A stretch of 63,681 nucleotides of DNA, filler included, from Phoronis australis (GCA_002633005.1; 7 parts of 7 records of this genome joined end to end with filler, not necessarily neighbours in it); one strand, 5' to 3'. Positions 38,797-53,373 are shown, numbered from the whole stretch's first letter. The notes: generated by a model from the sequence alone, not told the origin. Made by a program: numbers and translations.

Positions 38797-40219
38797 GGTT
38801 ATCTCCAACCTTATTCATCAAAATGGTCATTTTTACAATATTTCACATGTGTCTTGTAAAATACCTCATCTTCATTCTCGGGGAACTTCAAATACAAACT
38901 ATATACTGCGTAGCGAGAAAAAAAAATTTAACAGAACCACCTGGGAACCGCACAACTGCGTGGATATTTGTTTACTACTTATCCAAGGTCAAAGGTTAAA
39001 GGGCTTTCAATCAAATCTAATATCCCGCCAGGTACAGACCAGCTTCATATACCCTCAGTCCTTTCATTCACAAAATCGCCATAACATTGAGTAAACAAGC
39101 TGTACTTATGGTAGAATTGTGCCGGGGAAAACAAAAACAAAACGTAGTTTTGATCCTAAGGGAGTTGTGCGCCTACATGCATACGACCGTTGGCGTTGAG
39201 AAAGAATGCTATGGTCTCCTCAGGCCCCTGTGGTCATCAACACGGCAAATTGTGAAAAGAGATAAATCCTCAGCCTACTTCCTTCATTTAATTAAAAAAT
39301 TGACATTTCAACATTTTGATCTCCTGCTAACGCCATGCTTTAACCACCGATTCAATTTTTGTTATCCATTTCTTACTTTGTTTCGTATCAGTCTCCCAGC
39401 ACGTGACGTGTACAGGCTACGTGTATAACAATGAACTGTGACCTATTTATAAAAGTAGGTCAAATGTTCGCAAATATCAGTAAGAGTTAGCTGGGAAAGG
39501 TATGTTTTAATGATAATTAAGTTAATTACGCCACTGCAAAATCAGTTGACATTGCGAGTGAATGTTGAAATTGTGAACATGTTTAAGGTTTGTATAGGTT
39601 ATGTGTACCGAAAACAAGCTTTCACCGAATAATAAACCGAAGACTGAGATTTTCACTCTTCCCAGTTAAATCGACTTTTTCTCGGCTTCGGCAGATCGAC
39701 TTCGTTTGAACTTAAGAACACAAGTTCTCGAAAATGACTCAGTGGATGATTTCGCTGAAACATTCCAAATTTAATATTTAGTCAGTCTCAAAAACACTGT
39801 TAGGATTTTCGATATAAAGGCCTATTTTTTGGTAATGTAACAAAGGCGAATGCGACTTCCGTTTTTACAGAGATACCTTACATTTTGCGAGTTGATTTGT
39901 CATAGAAACCAAACGAAAAGACTAATAAAAAATTCCTAACAGTGTTTTTGAGGTAACTGGTGAAGTTTTCATTTATAAAAAGTTTCATTGAAATCGACCG
40001 AGGGGTTAGTTTGCTATGAATGTACCTTTCTTAAAAATAAAATTTTGACTTAAAAAAGATTTTTATGTAAAAATAATAATGGTACATTACTTCAAAAAGT
40101 ATTTTCATATTCCCTCATCTTTTTTCTTTCAGAAAATATATACTTTTAATAGTTAACAAAGCTTAGTTTTTTGATATACTAGTTAGAATAGAGACCATTA
40201 AATAAGGCTGGAGATAACC
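38797..40219 (+). mobile_element. Non-autonomous Kolobok-like DNA transposon, about 1.42 kb
   Basis: TIR GGTTATCTCCAACCTTATT / AATAAGGCTGGAGATAACC, flanked by TTAA and TTCA. A homologous copy in opposite orientation lies at 49024-50436. Confidence 0.7.
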
Positions 40220-41401
40220 TTCACCTGGTGACAGTTGGGTGTAATTGTGTGGGTCAGCCTGTCTGCACTGTTTTACAGCTGATATGCGGAATTGATATCA
40301 TACTGTGATTATCAGGTTGAAGAGCTGTTCAAATGAATAAGCCTTTATTGCCTAGTTACATTGGTGCATGGTGTACTTACATCAGTGACTGATTTGTTAA
40401 GTAATTACTTCATTGTCTGAAAGTTGACCTGTAGTAGGAATATTACCAAGTAGCATGACAAGCTCTCTCAACAGGGTTTCCCACTATGAACAGCTTTCTG
40501 GCTCTCAAACAACTGAGGTAAATCTAGTTGTCTTGGTGTCTGTTTTGTGTGGTAACTTCTATGTAACTATTGTTTCCTGACATCAAAGAGAGATGAAAAG
40601 GTTCAACCTCTGGCTTTGTCAAATATCATAAATCATGAATGGGAGTACCCCTTACTTGTTGGCCAGTCATCTGTAAATTGTCCATGATAAAATTTGTTGC
40701 TGTAAGGCCAGCCATGTATTAACACAGTCTGCTTGATTTTGTGGTTTGTCACATTCCCACCAACTCTACACTCCCTTGTTTTGCATTTTGTTTGTCTCAT
40801 GTTCATTTCATATTCAGCTAACACAGTGCATTAGAATTGTCTTTGATACCAACAAAGTCACCCAATCTCTCTTTGAGTGAAATCAACATTTTACACCAAA
40901 ACTGAACATATTACATACGACCATATTTTAAAACAAGCCAAGAGATTTTCAAGACATGAAGTTAACGAACATATGCTCGGGCGTACATTTATAATATTTA
41001 TGAAAATATGCCCATCGTTACGCACCCGCGCTGTGGAATGAGTATTCCGACTGAATGGTCGGCCAGTTGGGATACATGCAGCCAGGTTTGTTACCAGTTT
41101 GACAGTGGCAAACCAATGTTTCCATAGTCCTGCTCTCTTGTTGTCTGCTTCATCTGATGCCCATGTAATCCAGCAATGATGTTATAAACAGCGCACCTGA
41201 CCACTAACCAATATTTAAAAAATACTATCTGTAAACACTTTTCAACAGATGTCAGGAAGCAGATGTGTTTCGTATGAAATACTTTCACCAAAAAACTTTG
41301 AATGAAAAGAAAAAACAACGGTTGACTTTCATAGAAATTAGACTTAACTTTCACCTGTTGATTCCTTTCTGTAAGCTGTGACCAGCTTAACCACAGTATT
41401 A

Positions 41402-43211
41402 CCGTAATCGTTCGGGTTAACGCCCTGGGCGGTTAAATTGGCGAATCCAAAAAATCGGGGGAGGGCGGTTAACCGAGCAGTGGGCGGTTAAATCGAAAAT
41501 CCACCTAAAGTAGGGGATGGGCGGTTAACCAAACATGGGCGCTTATTACGACAGACAACCGCCCTGGGCGGTTAATCTTACCTGGCAATCTAAAGCCCGA
41601 CACGACAATCATACTCGGAACGCGTAGCCCTTTTCAAAGAGCTTTATCGTCACGTCGCCAAATGACATAACAGCGGATGATCCCAACAAAGGTTCTCTTG
41701 CCCTCAGATTAGTCATTCACTATTAAATTTACAAAATTGCTGAGTAATAGCCCCGTGCCGTCCTGCGGTGCGCAGACGACCAGTCACCACGCAGCCTCCA
41801 CTAGAATTAAAACTGTTTCAAGATGTGACCCTGCTTAAGTGCGCGCGTGCAAGCTTCACGTGTTGCAGAGGTCAGACATCATATTTATAGTTACAGTCTC
41901 GTACTATATGTAGCTGTCAAGTTCCGTGTCAGAGAGCAGTTTTAAAATTGGTTGTAATAAAAGTTTGAAAAACTTAACTCTGCTGTTTTTTGTGTTTGGG
42001 ATGTTATAGTCGACACTCCGTGACTCAATGACATTTTCAGCGTATGGTTCTGTGGCTAGCTGTCTTATCTCGACAGCCCGGCATTGCTCTCTTGCCGTTG
42101 CACCAAACATGCTATGCAAAGAAGTAAGACAAGGATCGGGGGTGGTCGAGCCAGTCGTCGATCAAGAATAAAATTTCAAGCAACTGCATAAATATGTTAC
42201 AAAATGTCAGAAAACAGCAATGTGTCAATTCATTATTCTAAACGATCACCTTACCAAACTTCGTGGTGGAAAAACATTTATTTTTTCATGCAAGATGTCC
42301 AGATTATCCTATTTATATCACTTGTAATATCGCACTGCGGCACTGTTCGGTCCCGCTGTTATCGCGCAATGTCTCAGTCGGCTGACAATCGTGACTTGGA
42401 AATGCCGTCAAGTAATACAACGGCCTCTTTCAATATGCATCACGTTTTTTATGGCCAAAGATAGTGGCGGTATTCAGCACGCACGTAGGGCCTACGTGTG
42501 AGTCACCTGTCAATCACATGTTGGTGTCAAGGTAACATGCACTCCAAAGTGTGGGAACTTGCGCACGTGCACCACTACAAATCAGTCACACATAGCGACA
42601 GTCCGANNNNNNNNNNNNNNNNNNNNNNNNNNNNNNNNNNNNNNNNNNNNNNNNNNNNNNNNNNNNNNNNNNNNNNNNNNNNNNNNNNNNNNNNNNNNNN
42701 NNNNNNNNNNNNNNNNNNNNNNNNNNNNNNNNNNNNNNNNNNNNNNNNNNNNNNNNNNNNNNNNNNNNNNNNNNNNNNNNNNNNNNNNNNNNNNNNNNNN
42801 NNNNNNNNNNNNNNNNNNNNNNNNNNNNNNNNNNNNNNNNNNNNNNNNNNNNNNNNNNNNNNNNNNNTATATTTTGAAGTGAGTTCATGACCCAAGACAA
42901 TAACTCGTTACCTGTATTGTAATTCAGATTGCTAAACCACCGTCTCGGAGTCCCGGCGTCGTTGCACTCATTGTGATCATCGATCTTTTTCTAAAAGTTG
43001 GGGAATCGCGCGTTTCCTTAGCACTAGGCGCTAAATCTTCATTCTTTAAAAGTCGGGGATGGGCGCTTAACCGAGAGGTGGGCGCTTAACTAGAAATCTT
43101 CAAAAATCGCAGGGGGCTCTTAACCGAGCAGTGGGCGGTTAAATCGAAAATCCACTTAAAGTCGGGGATGGGCGGTTAACTGAGCATGGGCGTTAACCCG
43201 AACGATTACGG
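41402..43211. mobile_element. Tc1/mariner/pogo-type non-autonomous element with TA TSD (contains an N gap)
   Basis: Perfect TIR CCGTAATCGTTCGGGTTAACGCCC / GGGCGTTAACCCGAACGATTACGG flanked by TA; repeated subterminal GGGCGGTTAA motifs at both ends. Confidence 0.85.
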
Positions 43212-43952
43212 TATGTACCAACACAAATGACTCGCTTGACAAGTTTAGTGGAGGGTCATTCTATGTAGATTGTGATATTAGAAAGTTCTTGATTTTTACA
43301 CTCCAGGAGAATGGTACCTAATGCATGGGTGTAGTTTTGTTGGGTCTTAATGTTCTTAGATTCCCAATACATTCCAACATTTTAGTTTTAGTCTATGGAA
43401 TTTGGATTATCAGGGGTGGAAACGATGACGAACTTCGATCCTCTTTAACCTCAGTCCCAGACCAGCAAATGGCAATTGCTGAATCAGAGTTATAACCTCC
43501 GAATCTATGCTCGAGCTCCTATATTTCACGCAGGCGTTAAAAATATTCCATACCTGGAGAACTAACTCCAGAGTCACAGTCAAAACTCATTTTTGACGGA
43601 TATTTGTAGCTGCTTTAAATGTATTACCATTGCACAAGCATTGATGTTTTTTGTGAACTTGTATACTGCTAGGTCAATGTTAACTTATATAAGCTGAAGG
43701 GCTGTAGAAAAAAATTAAAAAACGGACAATCGTCGCACAAATAAAAAAGTTCCTGTTCATTCAACGTTTTATCTATTCATAAAATATCATCAGGATAATA
43801 TATGCAATAAGACAGCAAGTGTCGAGTACCAGTCAGGTCACATCCATTTGATCGAAATGTGCTCTGATTATGCGTTTGCCCAGTTAAGTTAACAACGCAT
43901 TACAAATTCATTTGACATTGCGAGTGAATATTGAAACAGCGAAAATGGTTAA

Positions 43953-45001
43953 AGGAAAATGCCACCCGATTTAATTTGTCTTTTTACCGTCTTAATCAGT
44001 CTATATCCACATCACTTCCTATACGGTCGATCTTACCTCACCGAGAGGTGTCGCGTTGACCTGTGAGAAAGGTGAGCAAAAACGACACAGTGACGTCAAG
44101 GGTTCTTCTGCAGAGTGAGTGCCGCTATGGTATGGTGTGGTGTATCGTTCCCGCTTGTGTGAACTATGAAGCTGCGAGGAAAGCAGGTATATCATTTTTT
44201 CGATTTCCTCGAGAGCCCGAAATGCTTTGGAAGTGGCTGGCTTCAGTGAAGAATGAAAAGCCCGCTGTTAATACCAAGTATGAGTCTGTGAAACATCTCT
44301 GTGTCTGTGTCTGGCATTTCATCAACATTGATTTCACTGACGAATGCTGGCTTACCGAACAACTCATGCCAGGGCAGAATAAGAGGCTGATATATATTTG
44401 AGATTGCAAGTTGCCATATTGACATTTATTATTGTGTGTTCTATTTCAAATGAATTATTCTCACCCTAAACAATGCTTATATAAAACTGAAACAAAGTGT
44501 CACAGTCTGTCTCATTAGATACAATTTGTAATTCCTTTAGAGTGTTCATGAGTGCAAATGTTTTGAGAAGCCAGCAATGAATATATCACTGCATTACCAG
44601 CCTTAGATGTATAGCTAATTGACCGGGCACAAGGCCCTACGTGTGAGCGCATGCTAATTCAGTGTTTGCTGACAAAAAGGTGTTGTGAAACAATAACTTG
44701 ATTCATATGCTAACTGAAGGTCAGATGTTAGGGTAATCTTTATCTAGATATACAAATACATTATTTGAATCATTGTTACTGAACAACTTTTGCCATAACG
44801 TTTCTGTGGAAGGGGAACCTGACTTTGTAGTTTTGCAGTTTCGCGGCTAATTCACCAAAATAATAACGTACATGTTATTTCTTTAGCTCACTAGTGCAGT
44901 CTTTTCATGACTGGAAGTTTAGTTTCCGACTTTGGCTGGTTTATGTTCGTGATGTCTTCAGTCCGGCCGCAACGGGCCTGATTGGGTTCAGAGCCTGTGG
45001 C
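43953..45001 (+). mobile_element. 5' part of a THAP-encoding Kolobok-like element (THAP ORF at 44132-44401)
   Basis: Starts TTAA|AGGAAAATGCCACCC. THAP C2CH motif MVWCIVPAC...ISFFRFP......W......VCVWHF...DF. 44400-45000 is homologous to 60400-61005. Confidence 0.75.
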
Positions 45002-45880
45002 NNNNNNNNNNNNNNNNNNNNNNNNNNNNNNNNNNNNNNNNNNNNTTAATTAATTAANNNNNNNNNNNNNNNNNNNNNNNNNNNNNNNNNNNNNNNNNNN
45101 NGAATGCCAAATGGGATAGTGTCTTAACCTCAATGCCGCGTCGTCTGGTTAAAATGCAACCCATTGGCCAAAACAATAATAACAACACTAGGCGAGCTGA
45201 AGTCCGTGAGAGACGGACGCATCGTTGCTAACTCAGTAAACAGGTGCTTGTAGTTGACTCAGTTTTCTGTATTTTGTTACCTCAACTGGATATCTCAAAA
45301 CCTTCATGCTTCAATGGCAAATGAAAGATGGGAAACTTTCCATACCAGTTGATGAGCCAATTTTACATTCTCAGGCCATTTCTAGTTTTCAAAGTTGCTG
45401 GACTCAAGTTTGGCAAATCAAGTATGTTAAATTCAAATTAAAGTTAAAATTGTAGTTTGTTATACACCCCTATGAACCATGATCTTTAATCAGGGTACAG
45501 AAAATCTTCAGAGTGGGGTGTCCTTTTATTCTCTAACAATAATTGCGATGATCTGTAGTTGTTAAAGAATGCAATTACATGCAGCTTTGGAGATTTTTCA
45601 TACCTACATCAAAAATAGTCTAATTTGAACTTTAGCCAAACTTGGGTCCAGCAACTTTAAACTTTACTAAACATGGGAAAAATCTCACCAATTTTGGACC
45701 TACGTAACTGCTCAGAGAATCACCCTTTTTTCATTTTTCAAAGGCTAAACATTCTTGTGAACATCACATCTCAAAGCCTGATGGTTAATCTCTAGTATAG
45801 AACTTTGAAATAAGTCAAGTCATAAATTGTATGATTGTGTATATGTCAATCTCTGATTGGATTTCTGTGTTTGACCAGTG

Positions 45881-45953
45881 GTCCCTATGGCTCAGTGGCT
45901 AAAGCGTCTGCATGGTTAACGGAAGGTCCTAGGTTTGAGTCCCAATTGGGGAC
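45881..45953 (+). mobile_element. tRNA-derived SINE head or tRNA pseudogene
   Basis: GTCCCTA/TGGGGAC acceptor-like stem, A box TGGCTCAGTGG, B-box-like GGTTTGAGTCC; anticodon and T stems imperfect. Confidence 0.6.
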
Positions 45954-46216
45954 AAGAATTTTTTCAGACTTGTATTCATTTGGTCACGTGATGTGGCCAA
46001 CAGATGGCGTGCTGACAGGTCTTAAATGTTTGCAGTAACTGGTGAGAATGTACTGAAGTGTCCTTTCGCAGTGGTCAATTTGGTTTTGTATAATTGGGCA
46101 ATGATGGATATGAAATTAGAATTAGAATTATTGCAAAGTGCTTTCCACAATCATAAACATTTTCACAATCAACGATAGAAACCTGCATTTGGTCGATTCC
46201 CTACTAGCGTAAAGTG

Positions 46217-46742
46217 TACGGTAAAAATTTCCGTGTTTGGTACAGTGAAAAATTTATGATTTTGCTCAAGATCAGAGGTTGTACCAAATTTTAGAAATAA
46301 ACAATATTAACTGTCCCAAATTCAAGAATTACTTTCAATAACAACCATCACTTATCTTAACATTACAAACTATTGAGAAATAACGTAGAAAATAAATCTG
46401 AAACTAAATAAGGCGATCCAGATCCTCCCAAGGATACTATTGCTTCTTGAAATGTAGAATATAAATCGGTAAATAAAACAACAAGAATGGATCAACTGAA
46501 ATTTGAAATTTTCGGATATAATTACTTCCTTTGTCAACAGAAACAGACTCGTGAAAAGGTTGTATCACAGCTACTTGTGACGATTTTATGAACTGCCAAG
46601 TCCATTTTTAGGCTACATTGAAATAAAACTCATTGTGCAAAATTTAAGAAATCTGCCGTCCCAATTTTTAAAATCAAGACAATTAAATTTCTACTTGATT
46701 TTCCGTGTTCCAAATTGCCCAAACTGGAGAATTTTTACTATA
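46217..46742. mobile_element. TA-flanked MITE
   Basis: TACGGTAAAAATTTCCGTGTTTGG and CCAAACTGGAGAATTTTTACTATA form an imperfect TIR pair. Confidence 0.6.
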
Positions 46743-48786
46743 GTTCCATATCAAAATTGTTCATTTTTCTCTTGTTATACAGATGATTTTCACAAACATC
46801 CTTGGAAATTTTTAAAAGCATATCACGCCAGTCATGGGCCGCCTCAGGTTTTGCACGCCTTTGAAAATGTTGATAATTATGATTATTGGATCATCAGTAT
46901 CTTAAATCTTTGATAACTTATCAATGAGCATGGTCAATGCTCGAAAACAGTACCATTTAACTGAAACAAAAGTCTAATAGTCAAATTTTAATGTAATCAT
47001 TACCTAACCGATAGTCAACATGTTAGTGCTATGTTATCACAGAAAAATGGATTAGTTACTGTCAAATAGCCAATTCACACCTAGGATTAGCAGAAGGTAT
47101 AGTCCATAGGTGAATATTTGACACCTGGGGGCGGAGTCTAATTATGTTTGACATTTTCCAGTCCACTTTTGTGCCAACTCAAGTAGGTACATTATTGCAG
47201 CTGAGTTTTTGTTTTTGTATTGTATGTTTGCCTGTTTAACAAATAATAAAAAGTTGTCTATTAGTCTGTGCTCCAGTTCAATATGGTTATGCATATCAGT
47301 TTCTAGTCCAAGATCGCTCTTGGTGACCTCTAGATTTGATCATGTACTGGAGTAAAAACTCAAGATTTCGAGTAACAAATAGAGTTCATATTCGAAATTT
47401 AGCCTTAATGCTGAGGTCATCAAGTGCAATCTAGGATTAAATACATATCCACATAATCTATTATGTACTCGAGCATAGAATAATTGACACTTGTCGAGAG
47501 TACAAAAGTAGAATAGAAAGTGCCAAAAATTGTTTTGAGTTAAAATTTGAGAAAAAAATTACCCCAGGCCTTGGTCTTTGTTGCCTACATGACGGAACCA
47601 ATACTGCCCCCCATTTTAAGAAGTTTGGAACGGCTGCACCCATTAGGGATACCAGTGTTTCAGTCATTACGGTATGTTAGTCATACTGGACCAACCTTTT
47701 AAATTTTGGTTAGAATTGTAGTTCATGTATGAGAGAAATGTGAGCAAAACTTGCAATATTACCTCCACATCAGATGACTACCAAAAGTTCCAAAAGAAAA
47801 CGTATTTCTCAATCTTCACTGACAAGCTTGTGGAGTAAAGTTTCAAAGAAGTGTTGCTATTTTTGCATGTATTTAAAATTCAAAAACAACAATAACTGCA
47901 TTTTAATGAAGGATGACCAAAAAGCAAACCTACAAAATTTGGTGTAAAAGTCTAAATTCTTATTCTTTTGGGACTTTTAATAAACTCAATGCAAACTGAG
48001 TTGTAGACCGGGTTCAAATGTTTTAGAATAATTACTCATATACCCAAGTTAAGTCAACTAAATATAAAAAATCAATGGATTCATGTAAGGTTCAGTTCCC
48101 TTTAGCATCACCCTGTATGTGCAGATGAAGTGAGTGTGTATGCAGTCACAACCCTCCTTTTAAATAAAGATTGGTTGACCATGTTAACAAGCATCAGTAA
48201 ACATCAAACAGAAATGCCTAATCTGTTTATTATATTGTTCGCACCAAAACAGCTATAACTTTTTAACCCAGTTTAAACATGCATTTGCATGCTCCTAACT
48301 AAGCTAATGTATAGCAGGAAGTGAACCACTCTGCTGTTTGAGCATCATCCACACTAAATAAAGTGCAGTTGTATTTATTGTCAAGTTGTAAATGTGAAAA
48401 CAAAAAGTTCTGCCAAAAGGTGGCCTTTGCATTAAGGATGTACCTTGGGGGCTCACATCGCCCACATCATGCAGTGTTATTCCAACACCACATCACCATA
48501 CTTACTGGATACGGTTTAGTGATTTATGGCAAATCATTTTCGACATAAAATTCGTTCTTAAAAACATTTGGAAATTTTCAACCTACTTCATTTTCATATC
48601 ATGGCTATGTTATATGTTGTTTCTAAATAATTTGGCCAAGTAATCACAGAGATAAGGAATTATCGTGCGAGTTCCACTAAGGTACAGTGAAATCTCACCA
48701 CTTTAGGACACAGTATGGCAGACAAGTGAAATTTTATTTTCATGTGTACTAATAAAGATGTGTAACATAAAATTGATGCTTTACCA

Positions 48787-48983
48787 TGTTCAAACTCTGT
48801 ACCACATCTACAGTGTTCAAGCTCTGTACCACATCTACAGTGTTCAAGCTCTGTACTACATCTACAGTGTTCAAGCTCTGTACCACATCTACAGTGTTCA
48901 AGCTCTGTACCACATCTACCGTGTTCAAGCTCTGTACCACATCTACTGTGTTCAAACTCTGTACCACATCTACCGTGTTCAAC
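48787..48983. repeat. 27-bp minisatellite (TGTTCAAGCTCTGTACCACATCTACAG), about 7 copies
   Basis: Directly visible. Confidence 0.95.
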
Positions 48984-49023
48984 TCATGTTGTACCTGTCA
49001 GTGGTATTAAGTTAGAGTTTTAA

Positions 49024-50436
49024 GGTTATCTCAAACATTATTTAGTGGCTTCCATTCTGACTCATATATCAAAAAACTAAGTTAAACTAGTAAAACTATA
49101 TATGTTCTGAATGAAAAAGATCAGGTAATACCTATGCTTTATATTTATGTACCACTATTATTATTATTGATATTGTTATTATTGTTATTGTTATTATTAT
49201 GTTAACACCTTTTTAAGTCAAATTTTCTTTTTTAAGAAAAGTACATTCATAGCAAAACAAATCCTCAGTGGATTTTAATGAAACTTTTTTTAAATAAAAA
49301 CTTCACCAGTTTCCCTCAAAAACACTGTTATGAATTTTTTATTAGTCTTTTTGCTTGATTTCTATGACAAATCAACTCGCAAAACAAGGTATTTTTGTAA
49401 AAAATGGCAGCCGTATTCGTCTTTGTTATATTACGCAAAAACTAGACCTTTGTGTTTTTGAGATTGTTGAGGAAGAAATATTAAGTTTGGAAAGTTTCAG
49501 CAAAATATACCAAGGCGTTTTCCTAAGTTAAAATTAAGTCGATGTGCCAAAGCTGAGAAAAGGCTGATTAAGTTGCCAAGGGGTTAAAGACTCAAGATTT
49601 TTGGTTAATTGCACGTTAGAAACTTATTTTTGGTCAGTATGACCTAAACATGACTTAACCATGTTCCCTATTTCAACATTCATGCACAATGTCAATTGAA
49701 TTTGCAGTGCGTATTTAATTTAATTATCACAAAAACATTTAATCATCCGAGTTGATTTCCAATGCATCAAGTCCAACTAGGTCGTGTGGCCAACATATTA
49801 AGTGGGTCAATCTGGTGCATTGTGGTCTACTTTACAGTAGTTCAACAGTTCATTGTTAAACACACCACCCTCTCGGAGACTGATATGAATCCCAAGAACG
49901 AAATGGATAACAGAAATCGAGTGGGTGGTTAAAGAGACCAAAACAGCGAAATATCAAATTATCTATGAAATTAAGGAATTTAGGTGAGGATTTATCTCTT
50001 TTCCCAACTTGCTGTGTTCGTGAACAAAAGTCACAGAGGTGTGAGGCGATTCGTAGCATTTGTTCTCAACCGTCATATGCATGCAGACACATAATTCCAT
50101 CAGGATCAAAACTACATTTTGTCTTCGTTTTCACCGGCATCTTTCTATCATGTGTACACGTCATTGAGTCAGTGTTATGGCGACTCGGTGAATGAAAGGA
50201 CTGAGGGTACATACGGAGCTGCTCTGTGTCTGGCAGGAGGTTTGGAAAAGTAGTAGTAAACAAATTAACATGCGTTTGTGCGGTTCCAAGGTGGTTCTTC
50301 TAAATATTTTTCTCGCTACATGGTATATATTTCATATTTGAACTTCCCCAAGAGTCAAGGTGAGTATTTTACTAGACATATTCAAAATATTGTAAAAATG
50401 GCCAATTTTTGTGAATAGGGACGGTTTGAGATAACC
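49024..50436 (-). mobile_element. Second copy of the 1.4-kb Kolobok-like element
   Basis: TTAA|GGTTATCTCAAAC ... GTTTGAGATAACC|TTAA; internal blocks are reverse complements of 38797-40219. Confidence 0.75.
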
Positions 50437-50852
50437 TTAACTGTGGAAAAAAGGTAATCCAGTTTAATTGGTGTGACCATAACATACGAACCTCTCCGCA
50501 ATTCCACACTGTATAGAGAACCTAAGAAATAACTAGTTTTATTGACACTATTTTTCACCAAACTCATTTAGGATAAATGTTGTGTCTAGTACTTGCTTCA
50601 ACCTCCAGTGATAATCTGGCAGCATAGGGTGAAATAGATACTTGATACTGCAGGAGCTGTTATCATACCATGCAGGATTACTAGTAATAACAAAGGAAGG
50701 ACAATGTCTAGAGGTGTGTACCTTTAATCAATTGTGGATGAAGATGTAATTANNNNNNNNNNNNNNNNNNNNNNNNNNNNNNNNNNNNNNNNNNNNTTAA
50801 TTAATTAANNNNNNNNNNNNNNNNNNNNNNNNNNNNNNNNNNNNNNNNNNNN

Positions 50853-51280
50853 GCTTTGGGACTGCCAAGGAATGTTTGTCATTGACTTTCTACCAAAGGG
50901 ACATACTGATGCTCTACAGGGAACTATTACACAATCACTGAAAGAGTCGGTAAAAGAAAAACGCAGAGAGACGAGTTGGAGTGCTGATTGTTTGAGACAA
51001 GAGCAACAAGTGCAGCCAAATGTCACTGAATGTTTCCCTATTGGCCAGATCTGGCTCCATCACTCTTTCCAAAAGTAAAGTGTTACGTGCATGGTCACCA
51101 TACCGCGACGATGGTGAACGTCATGCAGGCTACTGAGAGCTGTAGAGAGGGCCAAGCTCTAGTTACTTCCTAGAGGGGAGACTGGTGGAAAATAAGAAAA
51201 ATTAATATTGAATTAATGACTGTCTTTTTCTTGACGTTGTTTTATGAATGAGGCCAATAACTTGTTGAATGACCTCCACA
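50853..51280 (+). mobile_element. Mariner transposase C-terminal relic with probable 3' TIR
   Basis: WDCQGMFVIDFLPKG.T, VKEKR, PYWPDLAPS (YSPDLAP-like) and a terminal EGD..EK* remnant. Confidence 0.7.
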
Positions 51281-53373
51281 TCCTAGAAATGTTAGTTATA
51301 CTTACTGTATATAGTAAAAGTAAACTTACCATTCAAGCCTTGAGTTTTGCCAAGTTGTGTTTTGTTGCACATTTCTTGCGGAGTTATGTCAATGTAGAAT
51401 ATCTGTAACAGAATATATTCTATAATTTTGCAAGAATCTCAGTCATTAAATGGAAGCTTCCTCTAAAATGATGCAAAGAAATAAGTGTTAGAACCCTTGC
51501 TTTTTACACCTGTCTATCAATTGATTGTACGAAAAAATGTTGAATGTGTGAATTCTTTCAAGTCTTCAGTAATAGCTTTTACTTTGGCCAGGACCCTTGC
51601 TGCTAAATCCAGAGGTTGCTTACTCAAGATGCCATGTCTAGGTTACCTTTTCACACGACTATTTTAATTTAGTTTTCATTTTGCTGAACACAAATGTCCT
51701 TAGGAATTTTTAACTGATGGCATGCTCTCTTTTGATAAGATAGTTCTATCATCAGATATTTTTCATGCATTTTTTTTGGTCTCGTTCCTTAGTGCTCTGT
51801 ACAAAGGTCATTCATTTCCTCCTCGAGTTATACGACGATAAGCTTTCTCACCCAACTGAAATGAATACAGGTTATAGTGGCCTTTCAAGTATTTCCTGAT
51901 AATTTGTAGTACGCGATCTACAATATTCAGCTCCAGTTAACTTTTGTGGAACAAAGTATTTATCTTTATTAACAAAAGGGTAAGAGCATAGTAGCAGTAA
52001 GGTTATCTATCAACTGCCCATCCTCTGTAGCAGTATACGTGCATGCATGGTTTTTAATATTACGGTAGTCATTAACCTTATCTGCGATTATTGCTCTAGG
52101 TTACGCTTTGGCAATTCAGTGACGAGAGATCCCATGGGGCCACCTGATTTAAAGGTTGGGAGGGCATATTAACAGCGAATTTCGCTTAATAAATCGTATT
52201 CAGTGTCGGCTAAGTCTATTGTTCATGTTACCTGGAGTCCCGCAGGTCTCTGAACTGTTAGTATAAAACTAAGTCGTATTCAGTGTCAGCTAAGTCTATT
52301 GTTCATGTTAGCTGGAGTCCAGCTTATCTGAGGAGCTGAATTTCAAACACATAATCGATTTACTTGAATAGTTACTAGAACTTGTACTGTCCTAAAAAAA
52401 ATAGTAATTGTGGGGATTTTGGCATTTAGAGACTGTTCCTTACTGATTTATTACGGTAGTAATGAAATTGGTAATATCTTACAATGCTAAGTAGTCGTGC
52501 TGTTTAGCGGCATTGTTCATAGACAGCCTAGATCTTGTCAATACTGAGGTTTGCAAGACATGTTATGTTTTGCCGTATTGTTCACGAAAGTCGCGCTCTG
52601 GCATTTTTGCATAGGTCCTAACCGCTAACGACACCGATTGTGTGGTAGGCCTCTCAGGGGGGTCTGTTGGCGATGAGGGAATAGTAGAACTTAATGGGAG
52701 TTAAACTTATAAATAATATTTATTTAGAACCTGCTATACTTATACTTGGGTTGCATGTTTTCCGTTATGCAAAAGTTGCTGAAGACACAACACATGTCGT
52801 TAGGGACAATCTTTCTTCCATTTTGTTCATAAGTATGTTTCGAGATACCTTGCGTCTCTTAATCATGTTTCTTGGTCAGTTACTTTACCTAGTATGTTCT
52901 GTTGAATGTCGAACTTTGTGCCGAGGTTGTGAATGGAATAAAGATTGTCAGTAATGACAAGTGTCGTGACTTCAACAACTTTATAAATTATACTATTAAA
53001 AATATTTTAAGATTCGGCAACCTGCGAAGCATCATGTATATCTCTCTTACGGGATTCAAATGGAATGTTTAATGTGATGGTTTTAATTGTTCGCCATTCT
53101 CTAAAATGCTTTTAAGGTTCAACTTCGCTCGAGGTTCTATAAAAATAGGATTTAAATGATTATTATAAAAGTGTCAAAAGTAGTGTAAAGCAACCATGAA
53201 CAGACTATTCATAGAAAGCAACTGTCAGCGTTTTTTCAGATTCCAACTTGAATATGATTCAAAAGAAATCTTGGTTATGCTGTGTTAGGCTATTGGGTAG
53301 AATTAAGGATGTTACACTTTGAAGATTATTCAAAAGATCATCACAGTGAGCGAAAATTCATGATTGTTTGCAG

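Noticed and set aside
42498-42900. ORFs spanning the long N run
   Set aside because: Gap artefacts.
45881-45953. Functional tRNA gene
   Set aside because: T-arm and anticodon stems are mismatched and TTC is replaced by TTT; more likely a SINE head or pseudogene.
48787-48983. CRISPR-like appearance of the short repeat arrays (also 36382 and 62871)
   Set aside because: Units are contiguous with no unique spacers, there are no cas genes, and the context is eukaryotic.
52194-52320. 47-bp direct duplication
   Set aside because: An ordinary local duplication with no further structure.
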